Virus record (IMG/VR): IMGVR_UViG_3300021256_000075
Coordinates: 64,001-100,263 of that record
Source of the DNA: a virus
Lineage: Duplodnaviria; Heunggongvirae; Uroviricota; Caudoviricetes
Length of the DNA stretch: 36,263 bases
Strand: one strand, 5' to 3'
Shown: one piece after another, positions 24,892 through 33,259 of the stretch
Layout of the letters: every line of letters starts with the position of its first letter
Numbering within the stretch: the stretch's first letter is position 1
The notes under the pieces: generated by a model
Seen by the model: only the letters and a program-made list of their open reading frames with translations
The model's database searches: none
Told to the model about the DNA's origin: nothing
Made by a program: the position numbers and the translations under genes

Positions 24892-25140
24892 ATGACAGAT
24901 TGTATACCGATTCACCCCACAGCGGAATGGAGTAAATCGAAGTTTTGTATGTGCACAGCTTGCCACAAAGAGGATTATGTCCTCATGGTAGAGTGGCAGG
25001 AGACCGGATATTGGCTGAAGGAAGACGGTACAAGACCACTAAGTCAAAAAAGGAAATCATTGTGGCTTTGTGACGAGTGCCGGAAGAAAATGCTGGAATG
25101 TCTGAACGAGGAGAGAAAAGAGAATAATGAAGTGCGATAA
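24892..25140 (+). CDS. Cys-rich hypothetical protein
   Basis: CMCTAC...LCDEC. Confidence 0.6.
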   Translation: MTDCIPIHPTAEWSKSKFCMCTACHKEDYVLMVEWQETGYWLKEDGTRPLSQKRKSLWLCDECRKKMLECLNEERKENNEVR

Positions 25141-25396
25141 ATGCCCGTTGTATTCTTACTGGAACAATGAAAACGATCGTGGGGAAAGCTGTGGTCTTTT
25201 CGGCGATGCCTGGGACAGCCGCTTTCAGTACGAAGACAAGCTCGGAAATGTGGTGGGATGTTATATCGACAGGCATCTTATCGAAAAAGCTGATGAAGAG
25301 TATTTATCGACTCTGGAGGTAACGGAAGATAGAGTCGATTCGGCAATTGCTGATCTGGAGGAAATTGCAGAACTTTTTCATAAGGAGGAACTATGA
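25127..25396 (+). CDS. Cys-rich hypothetical protein
   Basis: MKCDKCPLY...ESCGLFG...GCY. Confidence 0.65.
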   Translation: MKCDKCPLYSYWNNENDRGESCGLFGDAWDSRFQYEDKLGNVVGCYIDRHLIEKADEEYLSTLEVTEDRVDSAIADLEEIAELFHKEEL

Positions 25397-25674
25397 AAGA
25401 ACGACCAAATTTGGATGAAGTAATTGCAGATATTCAGAAAATAATAGATGAAAACCAGAGAAGTTATATTCGATGTATTCATGTCGGAACACTGATGGAT
25501 ATACTTCATCTTCTGAAAGAGAAAAAACCAAAGCCGATAGCGATTACGACAAACGAATACGGGACAAGGTCCTACCATTGTCCGAATTGCAACAGGACCT
25601 TTTTTGGGCCGTTTGATGCGTATAAGGATTATTGCTATAGGTGCGGGCAGGCGCTTAACTGGGAAGGAGAATAA
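25393..25674 (+). CDS. Zinc-ribbon protein
   Basis: LLKEKKPKP...CPNC...YCYRCGQALNW. Confidence 0.7.
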   Translation: MKERPNLDEVIADIQKIIDENQRSYIRCIHVGTLMDILHLLKEKKPKPIAITTNEYGTRSYHCPNCNRTFFGPFDAYKDYCYRCGQALNWEGE

Positions 25675-25749
25675 CTGATGCCAGTTTGACATAGATGTCG
25701 GGAAGCGTGAGGCACACTGCCAGCTTGTCATTCAAGGAGAAAGCGACGT

Positions 25750-25980
25750 ATGAATAAAATAAAGGAAGTAGAGCCGAAACTAGACTACAACGGCAGAACC
25801 GTCTGGAGATGTGGAGAGTGTGGGAATGTAATATTTCATCCGGTAGGAAACGATAGCGATGAAAACAATATGAACCACTATAAATATTGTTCTCATTGCG
25901 GAAAACCGATTAAATGGACAGCGTGGCCTTATGCCCATGAGCGAAAAATGGTGTTCGCTTTTGAGCATGGACTGATGTAA
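25750..25980 (+). CDS. Zinc-ribbon protein
   Basis: WRCGECG...YCSHCGKPIKW. Confidence 0.7.
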   Translation: MNKIKEVEPKLDYNGRTVWRCGECGNVIFHPVGNDSDENNMNHYKYCSHCGKPIKWTAWPYAHERKMVFAFEHGLM

Positions 25981-25989
25981 CAATCGAAA

Positions 25990-26277
25990 GTGTGTTTTAT
26001 GGAGAAAGAAAAATTTAAACTGAATATTCCGGAAAAATTGAATGAAATGATTCTAAAATGCTTCATATCTCACCAATTTGATGTAATTGATCAGCTGTTG
26101 GATGTTTTTATAACAAGCGAAAGGGACAACCAGATGAACGACATCGAGAAAATGCCGCCTAAATGCCATGATTGCCCGTACTGGGAATGGGCGGAATATC
26201 CGTATTTCTGCGACTGTAAAGAACGGTATGAAAACAATATTCTACCGAATAATTCAAATCGGGGTGAAACAATTTGA
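25990..26277 (+). CDS. Hypothetical protein with PxxCxxCP module
   Basis: MPPKCHDCPYW...FCDC. Confidence 0.55.
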   Translation: MCFMEKEKFKLNIPEKLNEMILKCFISHQFDVIDQLLDVFITSERDNQMNDIEKMPPKCHDCPYWEWAEYPYFCDCKERYENNILPNNSNRGETI

Positions 26278-26447
26278 AAATAACTTTCACGTGTAAACTG
26301 ACAATGACGGATGAATTTGAAGATTCAGAAGGAGAAAAAGCTTATCCGGTTGATGTGATTGTAAAAGGCCTGATGAAAGATTTGAAATACGGTCTGTCTG
26401 AAAAAGGCAGTGTAGACATTTCAGATTATTCAGTCAGCGTTAATTAA
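26274..26447 (+). CDS. Hypothetical microprotein (not in ORF track)
   Basis: TTG start after GGGGTG, 57 aa. Confidence 0.5.
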   Translation: MKITFTCKLTMTDEFEDSEGEKAYPVDVIVKGLMKDLKYGLSEKGSVDISDYSVSVN

Positions 26448-26501
26448 CAATCGAAAGGGGTTACAAACATAAAGCATGATATGAAAGGAGATTGGAGATA
26501 C

Positions 26502-26636
26502 GTGATTAGCGAATGCGATGAATGCATGAAGGATGCTCCATATACCTTCTGTTGTAGAATTGAATGCGGAGAGCATGAGTTTTGTCGAGGTTGCGAAGCT
26601 GAAGCAAGAAAGCAACCTGAAAAGGATTGTCATTAA
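26502..26636 (+). CDS. Cys-rich microprotein (not in ORF track)
   Basis: 44 aa with 8 Cys (CDEC, FCC, C, FCRGC, C); GGAG RBS. Confidence 0.55.
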   Translation: MISECDECMKDAPYTFCCRIECGEHEFCRGCEAEARKQPEKDCH

Positions 26637-26673
26637 CTGACCTAATTCAAATGCGGACAGGAGGTAAAGTGGG

Positions 26674-26892
26674 ATGAATGATCGGGAGAATGTTATCACG
26701 GGGCTGGAATGCTGTCAGCATTCTTCAAAATCGTATTGCGATAGATGCCCATATTTGAGCAGCACCAATGATTGTACTGCTGATTTAGCAAGCGATGCAA
26801 TTGCCCTACTTAAAGAGCAGGAAGAACGAATCAATAAATTTGAGTTGGAAAGAAGTTGGGATGAATATCCAGACAGGATGGGAAAGTGGTGA
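26674..26892 (+). CDS. Cys-rich small protein, paralog of the N-half of 15983-16297
   Basis: MNDRENVITGLECC...CDRCPY...ASDAIALLKEQE. Confidence 0.7.
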   Translation: MNDRENVITGLECCQHSSKSYCDRCPYLSSTNDCTADLASDAIALLKEQEERINKFELERSWDEYPDRMGKW

Positions 26893-26899
26893 AGCTGGA

Positions 26900-27124
26900 A
26901 TGATTAAATCAAAAAATAAATGTCAGAAATGCGGAGGACGCTTAGTCGCTGAATATATCGGAAGCTATGGCGACGTTTTCCTCTTGAATTCAAAAGGCGA
27001 GCCATGCAAAAGCCGACTAAAACGACACATATATGAGCACGATGGAGAACTACCGATGATTTATTGCAATGATTGCAGGAGCGGGTATGAGAAATGCGGA
27101 TATGAGGCGGAGTGGCATGAATGA
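26900..27124 (+). CDS. Zinc-ribbon protein
   Basis: CQKCGG...YCNDC. Confidence 0.65.
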   Translation: MIKSKNKCQKCGGRLVAEYIGSYGDVFLLNSKGEPCKSRLKRHIYEHDGELPMIYCNDCRSGYEKCGYEAEWHE

Positions 27125-27413
27125 AAAAAATAGTTATGACTATGTTGCAGATGCGGTTAGGACATATTGGAACAATACTTTTCCACGAGACGTAGTAGCA
27201 TTTTTTCGGCAAAAATATAGTTTTAATGACAAATGGGAATACCTCGAAGAAGTTGTTTTTTGCAAAAGTGATTCCGATTATGAAACTGTAACTTTTTTGA
27301 ATGATTTTTGCGAGGGACAAACGTGTGTGGAAAACATCATAATTGTTCCGTTGTGTGAAGTGCTGGAATATTATGGTGAGAATGCATTGGTGAAAGACGG
27401 TGAAGTGGGATGA
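27117..27413 (+). CDS. Hypothetical protein
   Basis: 98-aa ORF with overlapping start/stop. Confidence 0.6.
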   Translation: MNEKNSYDYVADAVRTYWNNTFPRDVVAFFRQKYSFNDKWEYLEEVVFCKSDSDYETVTFLNDFCEGQTCVENIIIVPLCEVLEYYGENALVKDGEVG

Positions 27414-27685
27414 ATGAACTGTATCAGCCTAAATGTTGCGCCGAATGTGTTTATATAAGGTCATATGACTGCTATAAGGTTTGCTCGTATCCGTTTTTTC
27501 CGGCAGAGATGTCGATACTGGATATCTCATCATTCAAGGTTAATCCGGATGCAGTTCCGGATTGGTGTCCACTTATACAAAGAAATGATGAAATCGCTTC
27601 AATGCCGGAAGAAAAACGGAATGCTCTGAATGAAATATGTAAGGGATTAGCAATTCTGCTTGGGTGGTCTGAATCGAAGGAATAG
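27410..27685 (+). CDS. Cys-rich protein, PxxCxxC...PxWCPL family
   Basis: QPKCCAEC...VC...VPDWCPL. Confidence 0.65.
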   Translation: MNELYQPKCCAECVYIRSYDCYKVCSYPFFPAEMSILDISSFKVNPDAVPDWCPLIQRNDEIASMPEEKRNALNEICKGLAILLGWSESKE

Positions 27686-27752
27686 GAAATGCTCCAAACA
27701 GGCACAGGACGTAAGGAGACGTAAAAAGTGCGGAAAATGGCAGTGATGAAAG

Positions 27753-27995
27753 ATGAGTAAAAATTATCCGATTGTTCTTGGACATAAATTCAGGAAGGGC
27801 CTCCTCGCTTTTCGAATCCCTGAAGGTGGATTCAGATTGTTGGTATGTCGATTAAAGAAAGAATATCGAACTGGCGATAAGTTTGAGCTTGAAGATGTTG
27901 AGAGTGTGGAAAAAGAGATCTGGTTTGCAGACCGAAAAACACTTGAACTGACCGCTGGGGTAATGAATAAAGTGTTGAAAGATTGGAAAGAATGA
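27753..27995 (+). CDS. Hypothetical protein
   Basis: 80-aa ORF in the array. Confidence 0.6.
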   Translation: MSKNYPIVLGHKFRKGLLAFRIPEGGFRLLVCRLKKEYRTGDKFELEDVESVEKEIWFADRKTLELTAGVMNKVLKDWKE

Positions 27996-28135
27996 CATGG
28001 AAACACCTGAGGAACGACAACGAACCATGCAACATTATGGAATAAAGAAAGGATGGTAAGCATATGAAGTTTGGACGAAAGCGGTTGCCGAAGGGAAGAC
28101 GTAAGGGGTGGATGATATGGTGATGTGGGAAAGAG

Positions 28136-28663
28136 GTGAAAAATATGACTGCTGATAAGAAGATAATCTGCAAAGACTGCCGTTGGTGGCGGCCTGGCTT
28201 CATAGAAGGTGAAGATAATTTTAATCCTCCGCGGTGTACTTTACACGATGCACCGATGGAACATGATCGTACATGTTCTGATGCAAAGGAGAAAGCCAAA
28301 ACGGCTGCTGACGAAAGGATCGAGAAGCTGCTGAACCGCTTCGGGCAGACGATATCAAACCTGCCAGATTATTATCCACCTTCAGACAGAGACAGTGCAT
28401 CTCGTGCTGCATTCGATTTTTATACCCAAAATGGTATGCCGGAGAGACCTTGGTTACCGTTAATGGTAAACCAGATTTTTATCTGTCATCTCTGTGACGT
28501 GATCGACAGGTTGGAGATTGCGCTGGAAACCGCCTCCAGGTGGATGCCGTGCTATCTCTGCAAAAATGCGAGCGAGTGCAGCAAGAAGGGGATGGAAGAT
28601 CTGCACTGCGTAAGACCGTGTGAGGAGAAGACAATCAATGATTACATGCTTCACGACCAGTGA
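28136..28663 (+). CDS. Hypothetical protein with Cys modules at both ends
   Basis: ICKDCRWW...RC...TCS and MPCYLCKNASEC...C. Confidence 0.65.
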   Translation: MKNMTADKKIICKDCRWWRPGFIEGEDNFNPPRCTLHDAPMEHDRTCSDAKEKAKTAADERIEKLLNRFGQTISNLPDYYPPSDRDSASRAAFDFYTQNGMPERPWLPLMVNQIFICHLCDVIDRLEIALETASRWMPCYLCKNASECSKKGMEDLHCVRPCEEKTINDYMLHDQ

Positions 28664-28682
28664 AGAAGGGAGTGGATCTTAA

Positions 28683-28988
28683 GTGCAGGTATTTATCTCG
28701 CAGCCGATGAGAAACCGCAGCGATGAGGAGATCAGAGCTGAACGCAGGAAGATCATGGAGTATGTGCAAAAATTCTATCCGGATGAAAAAGTCGAAGAGA
28801 TCAAAAGCTTTTTCGACATGGATATCCAGAGTAAGAATACACCGCTCAAAATGCTGGGGATGAGCCTGGAACTGCTTGCCGAGGCAGATGTGGCGGTGTT
28901 TGCGGATGGATGGTCCATTGCCCGAGGATGTAGGATCGAGCATGAGGTGTCAGAACTGTACGGCATCCGTATTTTCGATCTGGAGTAA
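28683..28988 (+). CDS. DUF4406 / nucleoside 2-deoxyribosyltransferase-like protein
   Basis: VFISQPM, ELLAEADVAVFADGWSIARGCRIEHEVSELYG. Confidence 0.75.
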   Translation: MQVFISQPMRNRSDEEIRAERRKIMEYVQKFYPDEKVEEIKSFFDMDIQSKNTPLKMLGMSLELLAEADVAVFADGWSIARGCRIEHEVSELYGIRIFDLE

Positions 28989-28999
28989 AGGAGAAACGA

Positions 29000-29419
29000 A
29001 TGAAACTGAAATGCAAACTGGATGATGGTGCAAAAGCACCGGTGCGGGCGTATCCGACAGATGCCGGGCTGGATCTCTTTTCCAGGCAGATCCACGTCAT
29101 CCGTCCGAGGCAGTGGAGAAATTTTAAGACCGGCGTGCACGTGGAGATCCCTGCAGGCTATTACGGCAAGCTGGAGTCAAAGAGCGGACTGATGTCAAAG
29201 TCCGGAATCATCTGTCCTGGGGGAATCATCGACAGCGGATACTCTGGGGAGATCTCGGTCACGCTGTACAACCTATCGGATCAGCCGTATCGGATCTCCA
29301 TCGGGGACAAGGTCTGTCAGCTGCTGATCCTCCCCTGTGAGCTGCCTGAGGTAGATGTGGTGGAAGAAATTGATTCCGGCGAGCGGGGAGACGCCGGATT
29401 CGGAAGCACCGGAAAATAA
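29000..29419 (+). CDS. dut: Trimeric dUTPase 2
   Basis: AGLD, KSGL, GIIDSGYSG, KVCQLLI, RGDAGFGSTG. Confidence 0.93.
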   Translation: MKLKCKLDDGAKAPVRAYPTDAGLDLFSRQIHVIRPRQWRNFKTGVHVEIPAGYYGKLESKSGLMSKSGIICPGGIIDSGYSGEISVTLYNLSDQPYRISIGDKVCQLLILPCELPEVDVVEEIDSGERGDAGFGSTGK

Positions 29420-29453
29420 AAAAAGTCGCCTTCATTTCGGAGGCGATTTTTTT
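29417..29453. terminator. Intrinsic terminator ending the accessory array
   Basis: AAAAAAAG-TCGCCT...AGGCGA-TTTTTTT. Confidence 0.8.
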
Positions 29454-29501
29454 GTTGTCGAGCATGCGGAAACGAATGCTGAAACGGGATAAAATTGCCT
29501 T

Positions 29502-29522
29502 GACGTGGTCAAAACGTGGTCA
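29502..29522 (+). repeat. Left arm repeats of att-like site 2
   Basis: ACGTGGTCA at 29503 and 29514. Confidence 0.75.
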
Positions 29523-29775
29523 GATGGTTTCTGCGGAGACGATTATGCATTGATTCGGATGCATTTATACATCGAAGAATATAGATATTCTCGGACATGT
29601 GTCACAGGGCTCTGTAAGATTATACACTTCCGCGCTGTTTTCAGATGAGAACTTCCCTGAAGTTGGAAAACGGATAGATTTTAAAAGGAATGCTTGAAAG
29701 AAGCCGCTTGTTGCCTGCCTTTGTCGGCTTCCTGAGTGCGCAGAAAACGCATGAAAATAACCATGATGCATCCCA

Positions 29776-29806
29776 GACGTGGTCAAAACGTGGTCAAACG
29801 TGGTCA
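29776..29806 (+). repeat. Right arm repeats of att-like site 2
   Basis: ACGTGGTCA at 29777, 29788 and 29798; the 21-mer GACGTGGTCAAAACGTGGTCA is identical to 29502-29522. Confidence 0.75.
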
Positions 29807-29853
29807 GCTCCGGGCCCAGACCGGCATCTGGCAGCACCGTATCGTTATGGCAT

Positions 29854-29888
29854 AAAAGAAAAGAGACTGTACAAAGTACAGCCTCTTT
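29854..29888 (-). terminator. Probable terminator of the integrase B transcript
   Basis: Minus strand AAAGAGGCTGTAC-ttt-GTACAGTCTCTTTTCTTTT. Confidence 0.65.
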
Positions 29889-29999
29889 CCCCAGGAGTTC
29901 TCAAATGAAGAAAAGGATACACATGACGCACCACTACCAATCCCTACACCGCCATTATTATAATAGTTAATCTCTTTTACGTCAAGTGTCTCGTAAAAA

Positions 30000-31187
30000 T
30001 TATATTTTCCACTTATCCAGAAATGAAACGATTTTTTCACGCTGTTCGGCCGCACGCTCGTTTGAGATATGCGCGTAAAGCTCGATGGTCATCCGGATGT
30101 CTGTATGCCCCATAAAGTACTGCGCTGATTTGATATCGACATCTGCATCATAAAGAGCGGTGGCAAATGTGTGCCGGAGATCGTGTGCACGAATGGAAAA
30201 AATTTTCCTTTCCGTTTCTTCTTCGCTTGACGCATTATTCTTCTTTTTTTCGGTATCGGTTCTTCTCCCTCTCTGATTCACAGGCTCGTTGTTCATAATC
30301 CGGGTCATTGCTGTGTTGAAGCCAGTTATTCCATCGACAAACCCATGCTCTGTAAGCAGTTTTCCTTTGGCACTGACACAGATGTATCCGGATCTCTTTT
30401 CTTCCGGGATGGTACACAGTGCCTCATAAAGTGCGTCACAAATCGGGATGGTACGTATGCCGGCACTTGTTTTTGCCCGGCCTTCAATATATGTCTGGTT
30501 GTTTATAAGTACAGCGACCTGTCTGACGTAGACGTTGCGTTTGACGAGATCGATATTTTTCCAATCCAGGGCGATCATCTCTCCTCGTCTGAGACCGGTG
30601 TACAGCATGATTATAATCCACAGTCCAGCCCGATACTGCATCCAGTGTGCATTAATAAAGTCGATTTCTTCCCTGGATAACGCCCGGTGCGTTCCTCCCA
30701 GCTTGCCGCTTGGAATCTGCAAGCTGTCAGAAGGATCTGTCACGATCAGTTTGTTTTTACAGGCTTTCGAAAAAACCAGGTGGATTGCCCGATAATATTT
30801 TTTGATAGAAGCCTGCGTTTTGCCAGGAGCATAACTCACAAGGAGCTTCTGGAGATCCACTTCTTTTACGCTTGAAACCTTCATTTTTCCGATGTTGCTT
30901 TTTATCCAGTTATATGGGATGGCATCTCTTTTTTTATAGTGTTGATTGATGCTTGTCCTATATGTCACCAGGCAGTGATCAACCCATTCGTTAACAGTAA
31001 GTTTTTTGTCATCAGGAACAAGACCCTGATTCAGCTTGGCCTTGTATTCATCCCGTTTCTCTTTGGCCTCGGTTTTGGTCCTGCCATAGAAGGATTTGCG
31101 GATCGGCTTGCCGGAATCATCCATGCCGATCGTCAGCGTGACCTGCACCCGATTATCCGGCCGGGTGCCTTTTGATTTTTTAGCCAT
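30000..31187 (-). CDS. int: Tyrosine integrase B
   Basis: RKSFYGRTKTEA arm-binding N-terminus, TGLRRGE, KTSAG, HDLRHTFAT, MGH, ELYAH. Confidence 0.95.
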   Translation of the reverse strand: MAKKSKGTRPDNRVQVTLTIGMDDSGKPIRKSFYGRTKTEAKEKRDEYKAKLNQGLVPDDKKLTVNEWVDHCLVTYRTSINQHYKKRDAIPYNWIKSNIGKMKVSSVKEVDLQKLLVSYAPGKTQASIKKYYRAIHLVFSKACKNKLIVTDPSDSLQIPSGKLGGTHRALSREEIDFINAHWMQYRAGLWIIIMLYTGLRRGEMIALDWKNIDLVKRNVYVRQVAVLINNQTYIEGRAKTSAGIRTIPICDALYEALCTIPEEKRSGYICVSAKGKLLTEHGFVDGITGFNTAMTRIMNNEPVNQRGRRTDTEKKKNNASSEEETERKIFSIRAHDLRHTFATALYDADVDIKSAQYFMGHTDIRMTIELYAHISNERAAEQREKIVSFLDKWKI

Positions 31188-31374
31188 CGGTCATCCACTC
31201 CGGATGGTCGATGCAGAGGTTGAGTGCCTGATTGAGCATCTCGTGCTGGATGTCTGAGATCAGGACAACGCAGGTCCCATCCCTTCCGGCGATCCGGACA
31301 CTCTCTCCGTGGTGAGCCCTGTACATGTAGCTCCGCAGATCCAGTGCAAACTCTTCAGGTCTGATGGTCATCAT
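31180..31374 (-). CDS. Phd/YefM antitoxin-like small protein, no adjacent toxin
   Basis: GGAGG RBS then MMTIRPEEFALDLRSYMYRAHHGESVRIAGRDGTCVVLIS, matching the Phd/YefM pattern; stop overlaps the int B start. Confidence 0.55.
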   Translation of the reverse strand: MMTIRPEEFALDLRSYMYRAHHGESVRIAGRDGTCVVLISDIQHEMLNQALNLCIDHPEWMTDG

Positions 31375-31735
31375 TTTTATTTTCCTCCCTGTTCGTGTTT
31401 TTGCTGACAGATCCTTCACAGCGCTGCAGCTGCTGGTAAACGGTTCCCAGCACAACCGCCTTTCCCTGGTCATCAAGCTTTGCGTATGCCTGCACCAGAT
31501 CCTTGTACTCGGGATTTGCAACCGGATAGCGGTCATCCCGTTCGAGCAGCCAATCTGTCGATACGTTAAAGTAGTCGGCAATCTGAACAATCTTTTTGGT
31601 GGATGGGTTGGATCTCCCGGTTGACCAGTCGGAAAGGTTCCCGGATGAGATCCCGACTTTTTTTGAAAAGTCCAACTTGTTCATCCCGTGCTTCATAAGC
31701 AGCAACCAAATGCGGTCATACATAACAGTCGTCAC
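31355..31735 (-). CDS. XRE-family repressor B2
   Basis: HTH FSKKVGISSGNLSDWSTGRSNP...IADYFNVSTDWLL. Confidence 0.88.
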   Translation of the reverse strand: MTTVMYDRIWLLLMKHGMNKLDFSKKVGISSGNLSDWSTGRSNPSTKKIVQIADYFNVSTDWLLERDDRYPVANPEYKDLVQAYAKLDDQGKAVVLGTVYQQLQRCEGSVSKNTNREENKNDDHQT

Positions 31736-31765
31736 CTCTTCTTGTATTTTAAAAAATCAATGATG

Positions 31766-32137
31766 TTACACGGCAGTCTTTTTTTCCTCGGTCTGGAGCC
31801 ATTCCTGCTCCCGCCGCTGCTCCTGAATGAGCGTTCCGCGTATCAGGTCCTTCCCATCCTCAGAAAGAGAACGGTATTTTTCAATCAATCGAATTTCCTG
31901 CTCACTGAAATAGCGTTCATCTTCAAGTGGTTCTGGCGATTTTCTTCCAGTGCAGAGAAATTCAATGCTGACACCCAGGTACTCGGAAATGGCATCGAGA
32001 TACTTGGCGGGAGGATTGGTTCCCCGCCGTTTCCAGCCACTGATGATGCCTGAATCGATTTTCAGCTTTTTTGACAGACCGTAACCGGATTTCCCTTTTT
32101 CCTCCATAAGAGAAAACATACGCTCGCAGATGGTCAT
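31766..32137 (-). CDS. XRE-family repressor B1
   Basis: HTH LSKKLKIDSGIISGWKRRGTNP...ISEYLGVSIEFL. Confidence 0.88.
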   Translation of the reverse strand: MTICERMFSLMEEKGKSGYGLSKKLKIDSGIISGWKRRGTNPPAKYLDAISEYLGVSIEFLCTGRKSPEPLEDERYFSEQEIRLIEKYRSLSEDGKDLIRGTLIQEQRREQEWLQTEEKKTAV

Positions 32138-32180
32138 TAAATCACTTCCATTTACAACATAGAATAATGAGAATTTTGTC

Positions 32181-32238
32181 TTGACAGGCTCGTGAAATTG
32201 CTCTATAATACCGTCAATGATGATAATATTATTATCAT
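32181..32238 (+). promoter_or_regulatory. Rightward consensus promoter of switch B plus palindromic operator
   Basis: TTGACA-17-TATAAT (32181-32209); perfect ATGATAATA-T-TATTATCAT at 32220-32238. Confidence 0.85.
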
Positions 32239-32277
32239 TTTACCACAAAGCGGTTGAGCAAATCAACGGGAGGAAGC

Positions 32278-32523
32278 ATGGAAAAATTTGTAGAACTTGG
32301 TTTGAAAATGTTGACGGACGCACCGGATGCAGAGCGTTTTCACCGGCGGCATCTGCTGCTGATGACATGCCGGAAGTTTCTGAATGCATACGATGCGCTC
32401 ACGGAAGAAGAAAAGGAAATGGATGACGTAAAGGCGATATACGGGGGCGTATACGCCGCTCTCCTGCACTACAACCTCGGTGTGGTGATTTGCTCCGCAC
32501 GCAGAAAGGAGGGGTGGCATTGA
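32278..32523 (+). CDS. Hypothetical protein, first rightward gene of switch B
   Basis: GGAGG RBS before ATG 32278. Confidence 0.7.
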   Translation: MEKFVELGLKMLTDAPDAERFHRRHLLLMTCRKFLNAYDALTEEEKEMDDVKAIYGGVYAALLHYNLGVVICSARRKEGWH

Positions 32524-32723
32524 AAAGAGAAGAGTTGATTATCGCAAGGCGGAAGAATCTCCTGTCGCAGTTTGAGATTGCGCAGAAGCTGGGGATCTCC
32601 CAGGCAACCTATTCGCTGATCGAGAATGGATACCGGCAGCCGTCTACGCATGTAGCTTCTGAGCTGCACCGGCTGGTCGGCATCCCGGAGAATTACTTTG
32701 AGATTGAACCAAAGGTAGGATGA
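32520..32723 (+). CDS. Cro-like XRE HTH protein
   Basis: LSQFEIAQKLGISQATYSLIENGYRQPS; TTG start after GGAGG. Confidence 0.85.
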   Translation: MKREELIIARRKNLLSQFEIAQKLGISQATYSLIENGYRQPSTHVASELHRLVGIPENYFEIEPKVG

Positions 32724-32812
32724 ATTCTGCCGGTATCGGATCACGAAAAAACCGTTTATCTGCGAGTGGTGTTTATGTGTATACAGTATACAGCTGGTAT
32801 GGAGGGTTTGCT

Positions 32813-33247
32813 ATGGCGAACAACGCAGATAACGCCATTAAAGTATGGCGGAATGAAGCAAAAATGACAGCCGGAAGGCTTGCGGATGCTATCGGCTGTG
32901 ATGTGACCACGATATACCGATATGAAGCCGAAAAAATCAAGCCGACACCTGATGTGATGTATCAGATCTGCAAGGCACTCGGGAACCTGTCCCACTGGTG
33001 TACCTGGATGAGTCTGGAGTTCCCCGGATCCTATGGTATTGTCCATCCGCGCGTCCCGAATCTGGATGCAGCTGAAACCGTGCTGTCCCTGTATGCCGGG
33101 ATCATGGATGCGGAGAAAATGCGGCAGGATGTGTTTCGGGGATTTGCCGAGGGAGATCTGGAAGACGAAACAGAAAGCAGGCTGAAAGAAATCCTGGCGA
33201 AGCTGTCAGGGCTGTCACAGGCACTGCTGAATAAACTGAATGTGTAA
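32813..33247 (+). CDS. XRE HTH regulator with C-terminal extension
   Basis: MTAGRLADAIGCDVTTIYRYEAEKIKP; GGAGG RBS. Confidence 0.8.
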   Translation: MANNADNAIKVWRNEAKMTAGRLADAIGCDVTTIYRYEAEKIKPTPDVMYQICKALGNLSHWCTWMSLEFPGSYGIVHPRVPNLDAAETVLSLYAGIMDAEKMRQDVFRGFAEGDLEDETESRLKEILAKLSGLSQALLNKLNV

Positions 33248-33259
33248 GGAGAATAACCA

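Noticed and set aside
11860-28988. Stop-codon reassignment as the cause of the many short ORFs
   Set aside because: Short ORFs have their own RBSs and end in all three stop codons, and long conserved genes are intact in the standard code
29502-29806. CRISPR array from the ACGTGGTCA repeats
   Set aside because: Repeats are 9-11 bp, abut each other without unique spacers, and no cas genes are present; the Cas4-like nuclease at 33975 sits in a recombination operon
31375-31590. N-terminal extension of the 136-aa ORF 31180-31590
   Set aside because: Overlaps repressor B2 in another frame; a good RBS places the real start at 31374 or 31371
32220-32238. Canonical Fur box
   Set aside because: TGATAAT and ATTATCA are separated by 3 nt, not 1; location at the lysogeny switch favours a phage operator
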